DNA from: Escherichia phage BF17
Sequence record: MW822008.1
Direction: 5' to 3' (one strand)
Length of the DNA stretch: 64,000 nt
Shown here: piece after piece, positions 19,634 to 29,365 of the stretch
Position numbering within the stretch: position 1 is the stretch's first letter
Layout of the letters: every line of letters begins with the position of its first letter
The notes under the pieces: generated by a model
Database searches by the model: none
What the model saw: the letters and a program-made list of their open reading frames with translations, nothing else
What the model was told of the DNA's origin: nothing
Translations under genes and position numbers: made by a program

Positions 19634-20562
19634 TGAAACAACTACAAGAACTATATCAAAGAATTCTGGATCAAGGTGTCGAAAGCGTTGATCGTACTGG
19701 TGTTGGCACTATCAAGCTAATCGGACAACAAATGCGTTTTGACCTAAAAGAAGGTTTCCCAGCAGTAACTACTAAACGTTTAGCTTGGAAAGCAATGACT
19801 TCAGAATTGTTATGGTTTATTGAAGGTTCTCACGATGAGCGTCGTCTGTGTGAAATTTTACACGGGACACGTGATGTAGAAAAGAAAACAATTTGGACAG
19901 ACAACTACCTTAATCAAGGTGTAAGCCTTGGGTATTCTGATGGTGAGCTTGGCCCAGTTTATGGTAAACAATGGCGTGAATGGGAAGATTATAAATTCAG
20001 TTCCAGTACTGAAGAAATTCAAGAACTAAAAGATAAAGGGTATAAAGTTATTGATTATACTGGTTCACATGGTGTTATTATGCGTCGTGTAACTGACCAG
20101 CTAAAACAAGTTATTGAAGGTATCAATACTGATCCATACGGTCGTCGTCACATTCTAAGTGCATGGAACGTTGGTGAGCTTGATGCTATGACTTTGCCAC
20201 CCTGTCATAGCTTTGTGCAGTTTTGTGTTGTACAGGGTAAACTAAGTTGTATTCTTCATCAACGTAGTGCTGATCTATTCCTTGGTGTGCCATTTAATAT
20301 TAGTAGTTACTCACTACTAACTCATATGATTGCACAAATTACAGGGTTAGATGTTGGTGAATTTATTTGGAATGGTGGCGACTGCCATATCTATCAAAAC
20401 CATATTGAACAAGTAAAAGAGCAACTCCAACGTGAACCACGTACATTACCAGAATTATGGTTAGATCCTACTATTACTGATATTGAAGATTTCACTATGG
20501 ATTCTTTCAAATTAGTTAATTACGATCCAATGCCATCAATCAAAGCACCAATGGCTGTATAA
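19633..20562 (+). CDS. thyA: thymidylate synthase (ThyA-type)
   Basis: ELLWFIEGS, GPVYGKQWR, catalytic PPCHSF, QRSADLFLGVPFNISSY, GDCHIYQNH; Asn retained in PFN so dUMP-type rather than dCMP hydroxymethylase. Confidence 0.9.
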   Translation: MKQLQELYQRILDQGVESVDRTGVGTIKLIGQQMRFDLKEGFPAVTTKRLAWKAMTSELLWFIEGSHDERRLCEILHGTRDVEKKTIWTDNYLNQGVSLGYSDGELGPVYGKQWREWEDYKFSSSTEEIQELKDKGYKVIDYTGSHGVIMRRVTDQLKQVIEGINTDPYGRRHILSAWNVGELDAMTLPPCHSFVQFCVVQGKLSCILHQRSADLFLGVPFNISSYSLLTHMIAQITGLDVGEFIWNGGDCHIYQNHIEQVKEQLQREPRTLPELWLDPTITDIEDFTMDSFKLVNYDPMPSIKAPMAV

Positions 20563-20569
20563 AAGAAAA

Positions 20570-20594
20570 GGGAGACATAAGTCTCCCTTTTTTA
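20570..20594. terminator. bidirectional intrinsic terminator
   Basis: GGGAGAC-ATAA-GTCTCCC flanked by A-run and T-run between convergent genes. Confidence 0.8.
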
Positions 20595-22559
20595 TTATCT
20601 TAATGTAACCAGTGTACGTCCGGCAAATCTCACATCAGGAGTTGCAGGGATACTGAACACTACGCTTGTTCCATTGAATGTAACACTATCAACTTCAACA
20701 CGAGTGTAAACACCAGTACTTACGAGTTCTTGAATTTCAGCAGTTACTATGTTACTAGCAGTTACTGTTAATGTGTAATATGAGCCGTTTAAAACCCACG
20801 CTGACGCAACAAACGGGTCAGTACGAACAGAACCAGAACCAATTGGAACCCATTGTCCTTGAACCTTCTGCATCGATGTACGTTCGGTATTTGAGTATGC
20901 AATCATACCATCAACACCAACCGAGTTATCAATTGTAGCCAGTACTGGTAATTGAATACCATATCGGTTGAAACGAGTACGAATAACACCGTTATCATAT
21001 ATACTTACATCAGCATAACTTCCCATAGTGAAACGTAAGTCTGCACCAAGTAGTTTTATATCACTTTGGTTAGTAGTACTTTCTAATGTGAATACACCAT
21101 TCTCTAGTAAGTTTATGTTTTTGAATTTGTTATTAGTTCCATTGAAATTAGTATTTGCATTATAAGTACTAACACCATTAACTGTAATAGTGTCACCAGT
21201 AGTGTCACCTAGTGTTGTATTACCTTTAACAACTAAATTCCCGCTGGCATTGATGTTACCTGCGTCTAAATCACCAGTTAGTGATGTTGAACCATCTACA
21301 ATAATATTTCCATGAAAATGTGATTCACCATTTTTAAATTCAACTTGAACTTTATTCATTGAACTCAAAGAAATAATATTACTACTTGCACTTATCCCTA
21401 CGTTTGTGTTTGATGCATTATCAAAACGTATTACTGGCGTAGCTGCTGGTGTAGCGGTAGTTTGGAATAATGTTAGTGTTCCATTATTAATTCGAACACG
21501 TTCTGTGCCAGCAGTGCTGAACCCAATTGCGTCATCGGATGGATGAAATATACCAGTATTAGCATCGGACCACTTAGTTGGGTCATTACCTGGGTTATTC
21601 GTTGGGTCAAACGGATTATTATTAAATGTCAATGCTGGTGCTGCTGCACTGCCATACACCACCCCAAAACGCCCAGAGCCGTCTGTTCCATCATTATACA
21701 TGGAATCACCAGTTCTACGTAAACACTCAATCACAACGTTATCTATGGATGTTTGAACGGTCCCTGCGTTTGTTCTAAATTGACGATGATTTGCAATCAT
21801 TACAGTATTGTCATATAATACTGAAGCAGCGGAAATGCTTGTTCTTGACTGACGAAGACGTATATTCTTATCTTCAGTTATAATAATCCAATCGCCATCT
21901 GAAAGTGCAGTTTGGTTCATTGGAACACCAGATGCAAATGGTTTGGTCAAGTCAGTATCTGTTGCTAAATTTTCAAGGCCATCATGACCAGTACTAGGAA
22001 TAGATGCAGTAATAATTCTAGCAAAAGCGTATGTTACTAGTTTAGCACCAGATATATTTGGATTAGAGTCAACATAATATAAAATTTCAATCCAATTACC
22101 TTGTCCAGTTGGATTTGTAGGTGTAAATGTAACAGGACTTGTTTGTGGATTATTTGCTTCATAATGTGCTTGTGCGGCATCCATTATACCACGCACGACA
22201 TAATAATCACCATTAAGCGATGGTGATGGTGCTGGTAGTGGAGTTTGTGCTAAAGGTGGATCAATATCATCTGGGATGGGATTATATGTACCAACAAATT
22301 GTAAACCACTAGTTACTGAATCTGGTAATTGGGAAGTAAGAAGTTTACCGTTTGCATCTAGGTTTGCAAAACGTCTATATGCCATTGAACCATCTTCAAA
22401 GTCTAGTACACCTTCAAATGCTTTCCATCCTTTATTGTATCTAATCATCCCTGATCTAACCACATCAGCGGTTTCTTTAGTCGGTGCTTTAGGTAATTCT
22501 AGAAATGCCTGACTATCTATAATTACACCACCATCACCTCTAATTCGATTTATACTCAT
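20595..22559 (-). CDS. putative tail fibre / receptor-binding protein
   Basis: 654 aa, T/S/N/G-rich beta-type sequence, last gene of the minus-strand fibre operon; GAGGA RBS. Confidence 0.45.
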   Translation of the reverse strand: MSINRIRGDGGVIIDSQAFLELPKAPTKETADVVRSGMIRYNKGWKAFEGVLDFEDGSMAYRRFANLDANGKLLTSQLPDSVTSGLQFVGTYNPIPDDIDPPLAQTPLPAPSPSLNGDYYVVRGIMDAAQAHYEANNPQTSPVTFTPTNPTGQGNWIEILYYVDSNPNISGAKLVTYAFARIITASIPSTGHDGLENLATDTDLTKPFASGVPMNQTALSDGDWIIITEDKNIRLRQSRTSISAASVLYDNTVMIANHRQFRTNAGTVQTSIDNVVIECLRRTGDSMYNDGTDGSGRFGVVYGSAAAPALTFNNNPFDPTNNPGNDPTKWSDANTGIFHPSDDAIGFSTAGTERVRINNGTLTLFQTTATPAATPVIRFDNASNTNVGISASSNIISLSSMNKVQVEFKNGESHFHGNIIVDGSTSLTGDLDAGNINASGNLVVKGNTTLGDTTGDTITVNGVSTYNANTNFNGTNNKFKNINLLENGVFTLESTTNQSDIKLLGADLRFTMGSYADVSIYDNGVIRTRFNRYGIQLPVLATIDNSVGVDGMIAYSNTERTSMQKVQGQWVPIGSGSVRTDPFVASAWVLNGSYYTLTVTASNIVTAEIQELVSTGVYTRVEVDSVTFNGTSVVFSIPATPDVRFAGRTLVTLR

Positions 22560-22605
22560 TTAAATATTTCCTCAGAATAGATTATATATTAAGTATTTAT
22601 TTTAG

Positions 22606-22636
22606 ATAAAAGAAAAGGCCAACCATAGTTGACCTT
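22606..22636 (-). terminator. intrinsic terminator (minus strand)
   Basis: AAGGCCAAC/GTTGACCTT hairpin (one mismatch) followed on minus strand by T-run. Confidence 0.5.
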
Positions 22637-22649
22637 TAAAAAATATAAA

Positions 22650-23429
22650 TTAACGAGTACGCTCAGGAATATCAATACCTTCATATACCCATACAGCCGC
22701 CTGTTGTGCTTTATAAATTGCATCTTCATCAGCATCAGGAACTGCATCAATGTCAGCACATTGCTTATCACACTCTGCAAATAGGGATTCAACCATAGCA
22801 AATGCTTCAGTGTATAGTTGAGTCATTTCAGCAGCAGATAGTTTTACAATTGCGTCATCAAGGAAAATAGAAACACTATCAGCACCTGAAGTTACTTGAG
22901 TGTAATAGTTAAGAAGCATTTGACGACCAGCTAGATCAGTACTATAACGATGACCGTTAAACATATAACCAGCATTAATACGGTCACTACGAGATGATAC
23001 TGTGCGTGCTTTCAGATCAGATTTAACTGATGCAATGTCCATATCAACATAATTATAAGTTTTCAGTACTGTTAACTCTTTATATTCACCTTCTGCTTCT
23101 TCTAAGAATGTGATGACTGGTTGATTACTATCTAGTAGTTTAATATATTCCAAATTCTCATTAATTGCGTTCACGTTACCAACATTCTTATATTCCAACC
23201 ACCAGAAACCCTCTTCTTTACGAACAGCGTTATTAGGTTCAATTTCAGAACCATCTTTACTTGAAATACCATAAAGTGCACGAATATCGCTGTACAAATA
23301 ACGATATGTTTGTTCATCATCTGGAGTTGCTCCAGGGCGTTCTTTTAAACCCTTAACACCAACTGGGTTGGAGATGATGTTACCCAATTCATAATTTTCT
23401 TTAGAACTACCTTTTACATATGTAAACAT
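22650..23429 (-). CDS. hypothetical protein, possible fibre assembly or chaperone role
   Basis: 259-aa ORF between fibre genes; GAGGTAG RBS; function inferred from position only. Confidence 0.4.
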   Translation of the reverse strand: MFTYVKGSSKENYELGNIISNPVGVKGLKERPGATPDDEQTYRYLYSDIRALYGISSKDGSEIEPNNAVRKEEGFWWLEYKNVGNVNAINENLEYIKLLDSNQPVITFLEEAEGEYKELTVLKTYNYVDMDIASVKSDLKARTVSSRSDRINAGYMFNGHRYSTDLAGRQMLLNYYTQVTSGADSVSIFLDDAIVKLSAAEMTQLYTEAFAMVESLFAECDKQCADIDAVPDADEDAIYKAQQAAVWVYEGIDIPERTR

Positions 23430-23452
23430 ATAACTACCTCACTTGTTAAGAT

Positions 23453-23490
23453 GGTGTCACCATAATTGATGACACCGTTTTTTTTATTTT
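23453..23490 (+). terminator. plus-strand-oriented hairpin + T-run inside a minus-strand operon
   Basis: GGTGTCA ... TGACACC stem followed by GTTTTTTTTATTTT on plus strand. Confidence 0.4.
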
Positions 23491-23495
23491 AATTA

Positions 23496-26400
23496 TTAAG
23501 CAGTACGTTGTGCAATGAACAAATCAGTAACTGAACTTACACCATCATAAATTACTTGGTAAATGGTCACGCTACCAGCAGTTTTGTTTAGTTCACCATC
23601 AACAACAGCATAAGTACCATCAGTTGTAAAGTTTCTGTTACCAGTTGTATCTTGTTTAACATAGATGTATACTGATGCAGCTTTACCACCACCAATTAGG
23701 CCAGTAATTGGAGCCAACGTGGTATCTTGGTCTAGAGTGATGAAGTATACGTTACTTGTACCATCTGGAGTCCATGTTCCGGTTGGAGCAATTACTGATG
23801 ATGTAACTTGAGTTGGGATTACATCATACTTTTTGGTAGTTACTGTTGTAGTAGTTAAGTTAGCATTAGTAGTGGTTAGTTCACCAGTTACTGTTACTGC
23901 CTTATCAAACACAGCATTTTCTTTAAATGATGAAGTTGCATTAACGGTTAGAACGTCAGCCGCTGCGTCACCTAATGTTACGTTACCATTCGCAGTTAGT
24001 GCTCCTGTTACTGCTAGTGTTCCACCTACTGTTGCGTTACCAGTAACGGATGCACTTGCAAGTGTAGCCAAACCTGATGTTGTAATTGTAGAAACGGTTG
24101 TTGCACCGAATCCAGCAGTACCAGTTGCAGAGATATTACCACCTACTGTTAGGTTACCAGCAGTGATACCAACAGTACCAGTGATGTTTGCACCACTTGA
24201 CATAGTTACTGCACCACCAAATGAACCAGTAGTAGTAACTTCTAAAGTATTACCTTTAAGCAATCCAGTTGCAGTGATAGAAGTACCAGCAGTAATTGAA
24301 GTGTTAGCAGTAATTGAAGTGCCAGCCGCTACGTTGTTAGTTGCAGTCAAAGACTTAACAGCTACATCGGAATCTGCTTGGTTCAATTGTGCATTTAGTA
24401 CACCAGTAACAGTAAAGTCACCGTTGTTTACAACGTTACCATTAACGATTAGGTTGTTGTTTTGTGAACCGACTTCACCAATTGTTGCAGAACTTGAAAT
24501 AATTGCCGCACCAGCAGTAATATTACCAGCAGAAGATAAAGAATCGGATGCTATTACTGCAAACGGTTCTAGTGTTTGTCCACCAACATCGATATCTGCG
24601 TTAATACCACCTTCAACACGTAGTTTACCAGCAATATAAGTGTCTGGCATAATCTGTACAGTTTCAGGCTGCTCACCTAATGGTGTACCAACTGTTAGAG
24701 TTGCACCAGTTTTAACAGAACCTAGTGTTGTTTGACCAACTACACCTAGTGTACCACCAACGGTTGCGTTGTTAGTTACTGCTAGACCAGTTCCTGAACC
24801 ATTCAAGGTTGCAGATGGAGCAGTTACTGCACCAGAAGTTAGTGTTCCACCAATTGTTGCTAAACCAGTTACACCTAATGTTCCACCAAGGGTAGTATTA
24901 CCTGTCGCATTTAATGTTTCAGATAGAGTTAGTGTTTTAGCAGAGATATCTGCACCAGTTAGATCTAAGCTACCAGGAGTTAGTGTTCCAACTACAGTTA
25001 CATCGTTACCAAATGTCGCAGCACCAGTAACACCAAGAGTAGTACTGAAAGAGCCACTTGTTGCAGATACACCAGAAGTTACGATAGAACCAAGTGATGC
25101 TTGACCAGTTACTCCTAATGTACCACCAATAGTTGCATTATTAGTTACTGCTAGTGCAGTACCAGTACCGCTTAGGGTTGCCGATGGAGCAGTTACTTCA
25201 CCAGTTACACCTAATGTTCCACCTACTGTTGTGTTACCACCAAAGGAAGCTGCACCATCAGAGTGAATAGTTTCAGATACTGACAAACTCTTAGCTGTAA
25301 TGTCAGCAGTTGTTAGGTCTAAACCACCTGCTGGTGTGAATACACCTTCAACAGTTACATCGTTGTCAAATGTAGCTGCACCAGTAACATCCAATGTAGA
25401 ACTAAATGTACCAGTACTACCAGATACAGCACCGGAAACCAATGAACCAACAGTTGTTACACCAGTAATATTCGCAAGACCAGTTACAGTCAATGGACCT
25501 GAAGATAATGAGCCAGTTACACCTAATGTTCCACCAACGGTCGCATTGTTAGTAACACCCAAACTACCAGCATTCACTGTGCCAGATGCAGTAACATCAG
25601 TAGTACTTACACCACCACTTAGTGTGCTTAGGCCAGTTGCAGTGATGGTTGAAGCAGTTGCAAGACTATTAGCAGAAATATCTGCACCAGTTAGGTCAAT
25701 ACCACCTTGTGGAACCAATTCACCTTCAACTGTTAGTTTCTGAACAGTACTATCACCAGATACATTTAAGGATGCAGCACTTAGTGCAGCTACTGTACTT
25801 TGACCAGTTACATTTAAAGTGGTGTTTACTGTAGTGTTGTTTAAAGTTGTATCACCGGATACTAATATAGCGTTGGTATTGATACCACCAGCATCAACTT
25901 GAATACCACCAGTGCTTACAGTTACTTTCTTGCCGATATTTACAATATCAGTTAGGGTAGTTGCACCAGTTACTGAAGCAGTACCTGCGACTGAAAGGTT
26001 TCCAGATACGGATGGGCTACCAGTTACAACACCAGTTGTTAGTACTAGGTTACCACCAACGGTAGTATTTCCAGAACTAGCAAGGGTAATTGCTGAAACA
26101 TTGGAAGAACTTAAATCAATTGAACCATTAACAACTAGGTCACCACCAATTGTAGCACCTTCTGTAGTACTTAGGGATTTAGAACTAATATCGGTAGTAC
26201 TTAGGTCGATAGAACCAGGAGTAACAGTGCCAGATACGGTCAAATCACCAGTAATAGAAGCACTTTTCGCAATGTCAATTGTATCATTAACAGAACTAAT
26301 ATTATTAACATTTAATATACCATTAATGTTTGCATTATTGTCAACACGTAAACCTTCACCAACTCCATTTAGTACAATACTTGTAGCTGTTACTTCAGTA

Positions 26401-29216
26401 GCAGATACTTGTTTTAGTGTACTTGAACCAGTTGTTTCAATAGTATCTGCACGGACAGCACCAATAGTTGCATCAGTAGTAATTAGTTTTGGTAGAGTGC
26501 TAGAATTCACTGTATCAGAAACTGTAATAACACCAGCACTTGTAATTGTCTCTGCACTTGCAAGAGATTTCACAGACACATCAGCAGCACTTAGATCAAC
26601 TGTACCTGCTACCACAAGATCGCCACCAATTGTAGCACCTTCAGTTGTGGTTAGAGACTTAGAACTAATATCAGTAGTACTTAGGTCAATTGCACCAGGG
26701 GTCAATGTCCCAGATACGTCCAAATTACCAGTGATTGTAGTGTTATTGTTAATTGCTACACCATCAGCATTGCTGATTGACGCAGTTTCAACAGATGCAC
26801 CTTTTAATACGCCAGTAGCGGTAATGTTAGTTGCAGAAGTAATAGCACCAGAAGCGTTAACACCAGCTAGAGTTGATGTACCAGTTACATTTAGTGTGGT
26901 AGCATTTGCAGTGGTTGCAGTTACTGTGGTAATATTAGCTTCAGTACTGGAAAGTTTAGGTAGAACACTACTTACTGTACCTTCAGAACTAATAACTGCA
27001 CCAGTACTGGTTAGAGATTTAACAGCAACGTCAGCAGCACTTAGATCAACTGTACCTGCAACAACTAGGTCACCACCAATGATAGCACCTTCAGAAGTTG
27101 TTAGAGACTTAGCATCAATATCAGTAGTACTTAGGTCAATTGAACCAGGGGTAAGATTTCCAGTCACAGATAGATTACCTGCAATTGAAGTGTTGTTTGT
27201 TATTGACACACCAGCAGTGTTGCTAATGATTGCAGTTTCAACAGAAGATGCCTTTAGAGCACCAGTTTCAACGCTACCAGATTTAGAAAGACCAGTTACT
27301 ACAGATGATGCACCAGAAATTTCACCAGTTGCTGTAATAGTAGAGCCAGAAATTGCAGTACCTGCAATTGCACCAGTACTATTGATTGAAGTTGCTGTAA
27401 CACCAGCAAGAGTTGATTCACCAGCAACAGATAGAGTTGTTGTAACATCAACTTTGTTTGGAGCAATATCAAGACCGTCAACGTCAGCGATTGCAGTTAC
27501 ACCAGTTGAAGTTCCAGTTACTACCAAGTCTTTAACAGTGATTGTTTGACCAGTTACGGTTACATCACCACTGAAAGTGCCAGCTACAGCAGATAAATCG
27601 CCACTAAAGGTTGCGTTATCACCGCTAACATCCCCAGTAAAGGTTGCACTTGTACCGGATACTCTATCACTGAAGATACCTTTAGAACCACTAACATCAC
27701 CACTGAAAGTACCAGAGGCAGCAGATAATGCACCAGTAACAGTTGCAGCACCACCAACTTGTAGAGATGAACCTACAGTTGTTTGACCAACTGATTCAAG
27801 AGTTTGACCTTTGATTGCTTCAGCAGCAACTACTGATTTAGGAGTTAGATCTTGTCCACTCACATCAACAGTTAGGCCAGTTACAGTACCTGTAAATTCA
27901 ACATCATTAAGAATTGCTTTACCACCAACTTGTAGTTGTGGAGTTGCAGGGTTTTGTGTTGCGTTACCAGTAATTGTTAGATAATCTAATTTGTTTAGAC
28001 CATTACCAGTAATACCATAGGTAGATAGTGCAGCAGAACCGAAGGTTGCAGTTTGTAGAACGTTCAACTTAGCAGGAGACATTAGTTCAGATTGAACTTC
28101 GTTTGCTAACAAGACTGTTGGACGTGCACTAGGTGCAGTATATGCAAAACCTAGCTTAACGTTAGCATCAGCGGTATTTTGACCCAAATTGATTGCTTTG
28201 AATGTTGCAGTACTTGCTAGACCAGTGATGTTTGCACCCAATGTAACTGCACCAGTTAGTGCTGAAGCACCGGATACTGATAATGTTGTTGCTTGGATAT
28301 CATCTAAATCAAAACTACCACCAATAGTACCAGATACGTTGATGTTGTTAAAGTTTGCAGTACCAGAACTTTCGATATTAGGAATAGTTGCTACACCAGT
28401 TACTTCTAAATCAACAACTTTAGTTTTACCTTTAGTTACTTCAAGTAAAGGAGTGGTTGGTGATTGAATTGCGTTACCAGAAATAGTTACATAATCTAAT
28501 TTGTTTAAACCATTACCTGTAATACCGTAAGTTGAAAGTGAAGAATCACCAAATGTTGCAGTTTGTAGAACATTCAACTTAGCTGGTGACATTAGTTCGG
28601 ATTGAACTTCGTTCTGTAGAAGAACGGTTGGTCGTTGTCCTGGAACGGTGTAACCAAAGTTTAGTCTATATGCTTGACCTGCTTCATTAGGCCCGATACG
28701 AATATCACGGAAGTTTGCAGTACTTGCAAGACCAGTGATATTTGCACCCAATGTGACTGAACCAGTTAGTGCTGAAGCACCAGACACATTAAGTGTTGTA
28801 GCATTAATATCAGAAAGATTAAAAGTACCACCAAGTGTACCAGAAATGTTTACATCTTTAAAAGTTGCTGTGCCAGTTGAAGTAATATCAGTTGATTCAA
28901 CAGAATCAAATGATCCTGAATTAGCTTCTAAATTATCAAATTTTGCAGTTGTTCCGACAGCAGCAGTAATGTTTCCTGCAAATGTCGCAGCACCTGAAAC
29001 ATCAGCACCACCGGATAAGGTTGCCTTACCAGCAACATCCAATGCACCTGTGACATTCACAGAACCAGCGGTAATTGCAGTGAATACTGCGTTAGCAAAA
29101 GACACTTCCCCATTAACCGTTAGGTCATTACTGAATACTGCATTACCTTTGACCAAAAGATCCTTACCTACCGTGGAATTACCAGATACATCAAGATCCG
29201 TTTTAATCGAGTACAT
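23496..29216 (-). CDS. giant repeat-containing tail fibre protein (1906 aa)
   Basis: G/T/S/A/V-rich beta-repeat composition; paralogous to 29366-34282 (shared MYSIKTDLD start and TPDGT..VYIYV C-terminus); internal tandem repeats. Confidence 0.7.
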   Translation of the reverse strand: MYSIKTDLDVSGNSTVGKDLLVKGNAVFSNDLTVNGEVSFANAVFTAITAGSVNVTGALDVAGKATLSGGADVSGAATFAGNITAAVGTTAKFDNLEANSGSFDSVESTDITSTGTATFKDVNISGTLGGTFNLSDINATTLNVSGASALTGSVTLGANITGLASTANFRDIRIGPNEAGQAYRLNFGYTVPGQRPTVLLQNEVQSELMSPAKLNVLQTATFGDSSLSTYGITGNGLNKLDYVTISGNAIQSPTTPLLEVTKGKTKVVDLEVTGVATIPNIESSGTANFNNINVSGTIGGSFDLDDIQATTLSVSGASALTGAVTLGANITGLASTATFKAINLGQNTADANVKLGFAYTAPSARPTVLLANEVQSELMSPAKLNVLQTATFGSAALSTYGITGNGLNKLDYLTITGNATQNPATPQLQVGGKAILNDVEFTGTVTGLTVDVSGQDLTPKSVVAAEAIKGQTLESVGQTTVGSSLQVGGAATVTGALSAASGTFSGDVSGSKGIFSDRVSGTSATFTGDVSGDNATFSGDLSAVAGTFSGDVTVTGQTITVKDLVVTGTSTGVTAIADVDGLDIAPNKVDVTTTLSVAGESTLAGVTATSINSTGAIAGTAISGSTITATGEISGASSVVTGLSKSGSVETGALKASSVETAIISNTAGVSITNNTSIAGNLSVTGNLTPGSIDLSTTDIDAKSLTTSEGAIIGGDLVVAGTVDLSAADVAVKSLTSTGAVISSEGTVSSVLPKLSSTEANITTVTATTANATTLNVTGTSTLAGVNASGAITSATNITATGVLKGASVETASISNADGVAINNNTTITGNLDVSGTLTPGAIDLSTTDISSKSLTTTEGATIGGDLVVAGTVDLSAADVSVKSLASAETITSAGVITVSDTVNSSTLPKLITTDATIGAVRADTIETTGSSTLKQVSATEVTATSIVLNGVGEGLRVDNNANINGILNVNNISSVNDTIDIAKSASITGDLTVSGTVTPGSIDLSTTDISSKSLSTTEGATIGGDLVVNGSIDLSSSNVSAITLASSGNTTVGGNLVLTTGVVTGSPSVSGNLSVAGTASVTGATTLTDIVNIGKKVTVSTGGIQVDAGGINTNAILVSGDTTLNNTTVNTTLNVTGQSTVAALSAASLNVSGDSTVQKLTVEGELVPQGGIDLTGADISANSLATASTITATGLSTLSGGVSTTDVTASGTVNAGSLGVTNNATVGGTLGVTGSLSSGPLTVTGLANITGVTTVGSLVSGAVSGSTGTFSSTLDVTGAATFDNDVTVEGVFTPAGGLDLTTADITAKSLSVSETIHSDGAASFGGNTTVGGTLGVTGEVTAPSATLSGTGTALAVTNNATIGGTLGVTGQASLGSIVTSGVSATSGSFSTTLGVTGAATFGNDVTVVGTLTPGSLDLTGADISAKTLTLSETLNATGNTTLGGTLGVTGLATIGGTLTSGAVTAPSATLNGSGTGLAVTNNATVGGTLGVVGQTTLGSVKTGATLTVGTPLGEQPETVQIMPDTYIAGKLRVEGGINADIDVGGQTLEPFAVIASDSLSSAGNITAGAAIISSSATIGEVGSQNNNLIVNGNVVNNGDFTVTGVLNAQLNQADSDVAVKSLTATNNVAAGTSITANTSITAGTSITATGLLKGNTLEVTTTGSFGGAVTMSSGANITGTVGITAGNLTVGGNISATGTAGFGATTVSTITTSGLATLASASVTGNATVGGTLAVTGALTANGNVTLGDAAADVLTVNATSSFKENAVFDKAVTVTGELTTTNANLTTTTVTTKKYDVIPTQVTSSVIAPTGTWTPDGTSNVYFITLDQDTTLAPITGLIGGGKAASVYIYVKQDTTGNRNFTTDGTYAVVDGELNKTAGSVTIYQVIYDGVSSVTDLFIAQRTA
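24266..24490. repeat. near-identical ~210-225-bp segment shared with 30093-30300, with 18-bp unit copy-number difference
   Basis: Direct read: CCAGTTGCAGTGATAGAAGTACCAGCAGTAATTGAAGT ... CACCAATTGTTGCAG in both genes; this copy has an extra 18-bp unit (GTSITA x3 vs x2). Confidence 0.8.
26100..27260. repeat. three tandem copies of a ~450-bp coding repeat within the 1906-aa fibre gene
   Basis: Recurring block ...CTTAGGTCAATTGAACCAGGGGT... ; protein repeat TPGxIDLSTTDISSKSL.TTEGATIGGDLVVAGTVDLSAADV x3. Confidence 0.7.
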
Positions 29217-29316
29217 AGAGTCCCCTCCTATAACGATGAACTATATATTCATAACCCATCTTTTGTTAATATACTTATATTTAGTTTAATTCACAAAAAC
29301 ACTATTATCTAATACA

Positions 29317-29345
29317 AAAGAAAAAGCCAACTAAAAAAGTTGGCT
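29317..29345 (-). terminator. intrinsic terminator between the two fibre genes
   Basis: AGCCAAC/GTTGGCT hairpin followed on minus strand by TTTTCTTTT. Confidence 0.6.
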
Positions 29346-29365
29346 TTAATTATTAATTTAAAATG

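Noticed and set aside
19633-20562. Group I intron or homing endonuclease in thyA, or thyA as a dCMP hydroxymethylase
   Set aside because: The reading frame is uninterrupted and contains all ThyA core motifs; Asn in the PFN motif argues for a dUMP-specific enzyme. dUMP hydroxymethylase cannot be excluded from sequence alone.
23833-27786. Long plus-strand ORFs (268, 111, 147, 545, 69 aa) antisense to the 1906-aa fibre gene
   Set aside because: They lie wholly inside the minus-strand fibre ORF, have P/V/T/A-rich low-complexity translations mirroring the fibre's codon composition, and lack ribosome-binding sites; they are composition artefacts.
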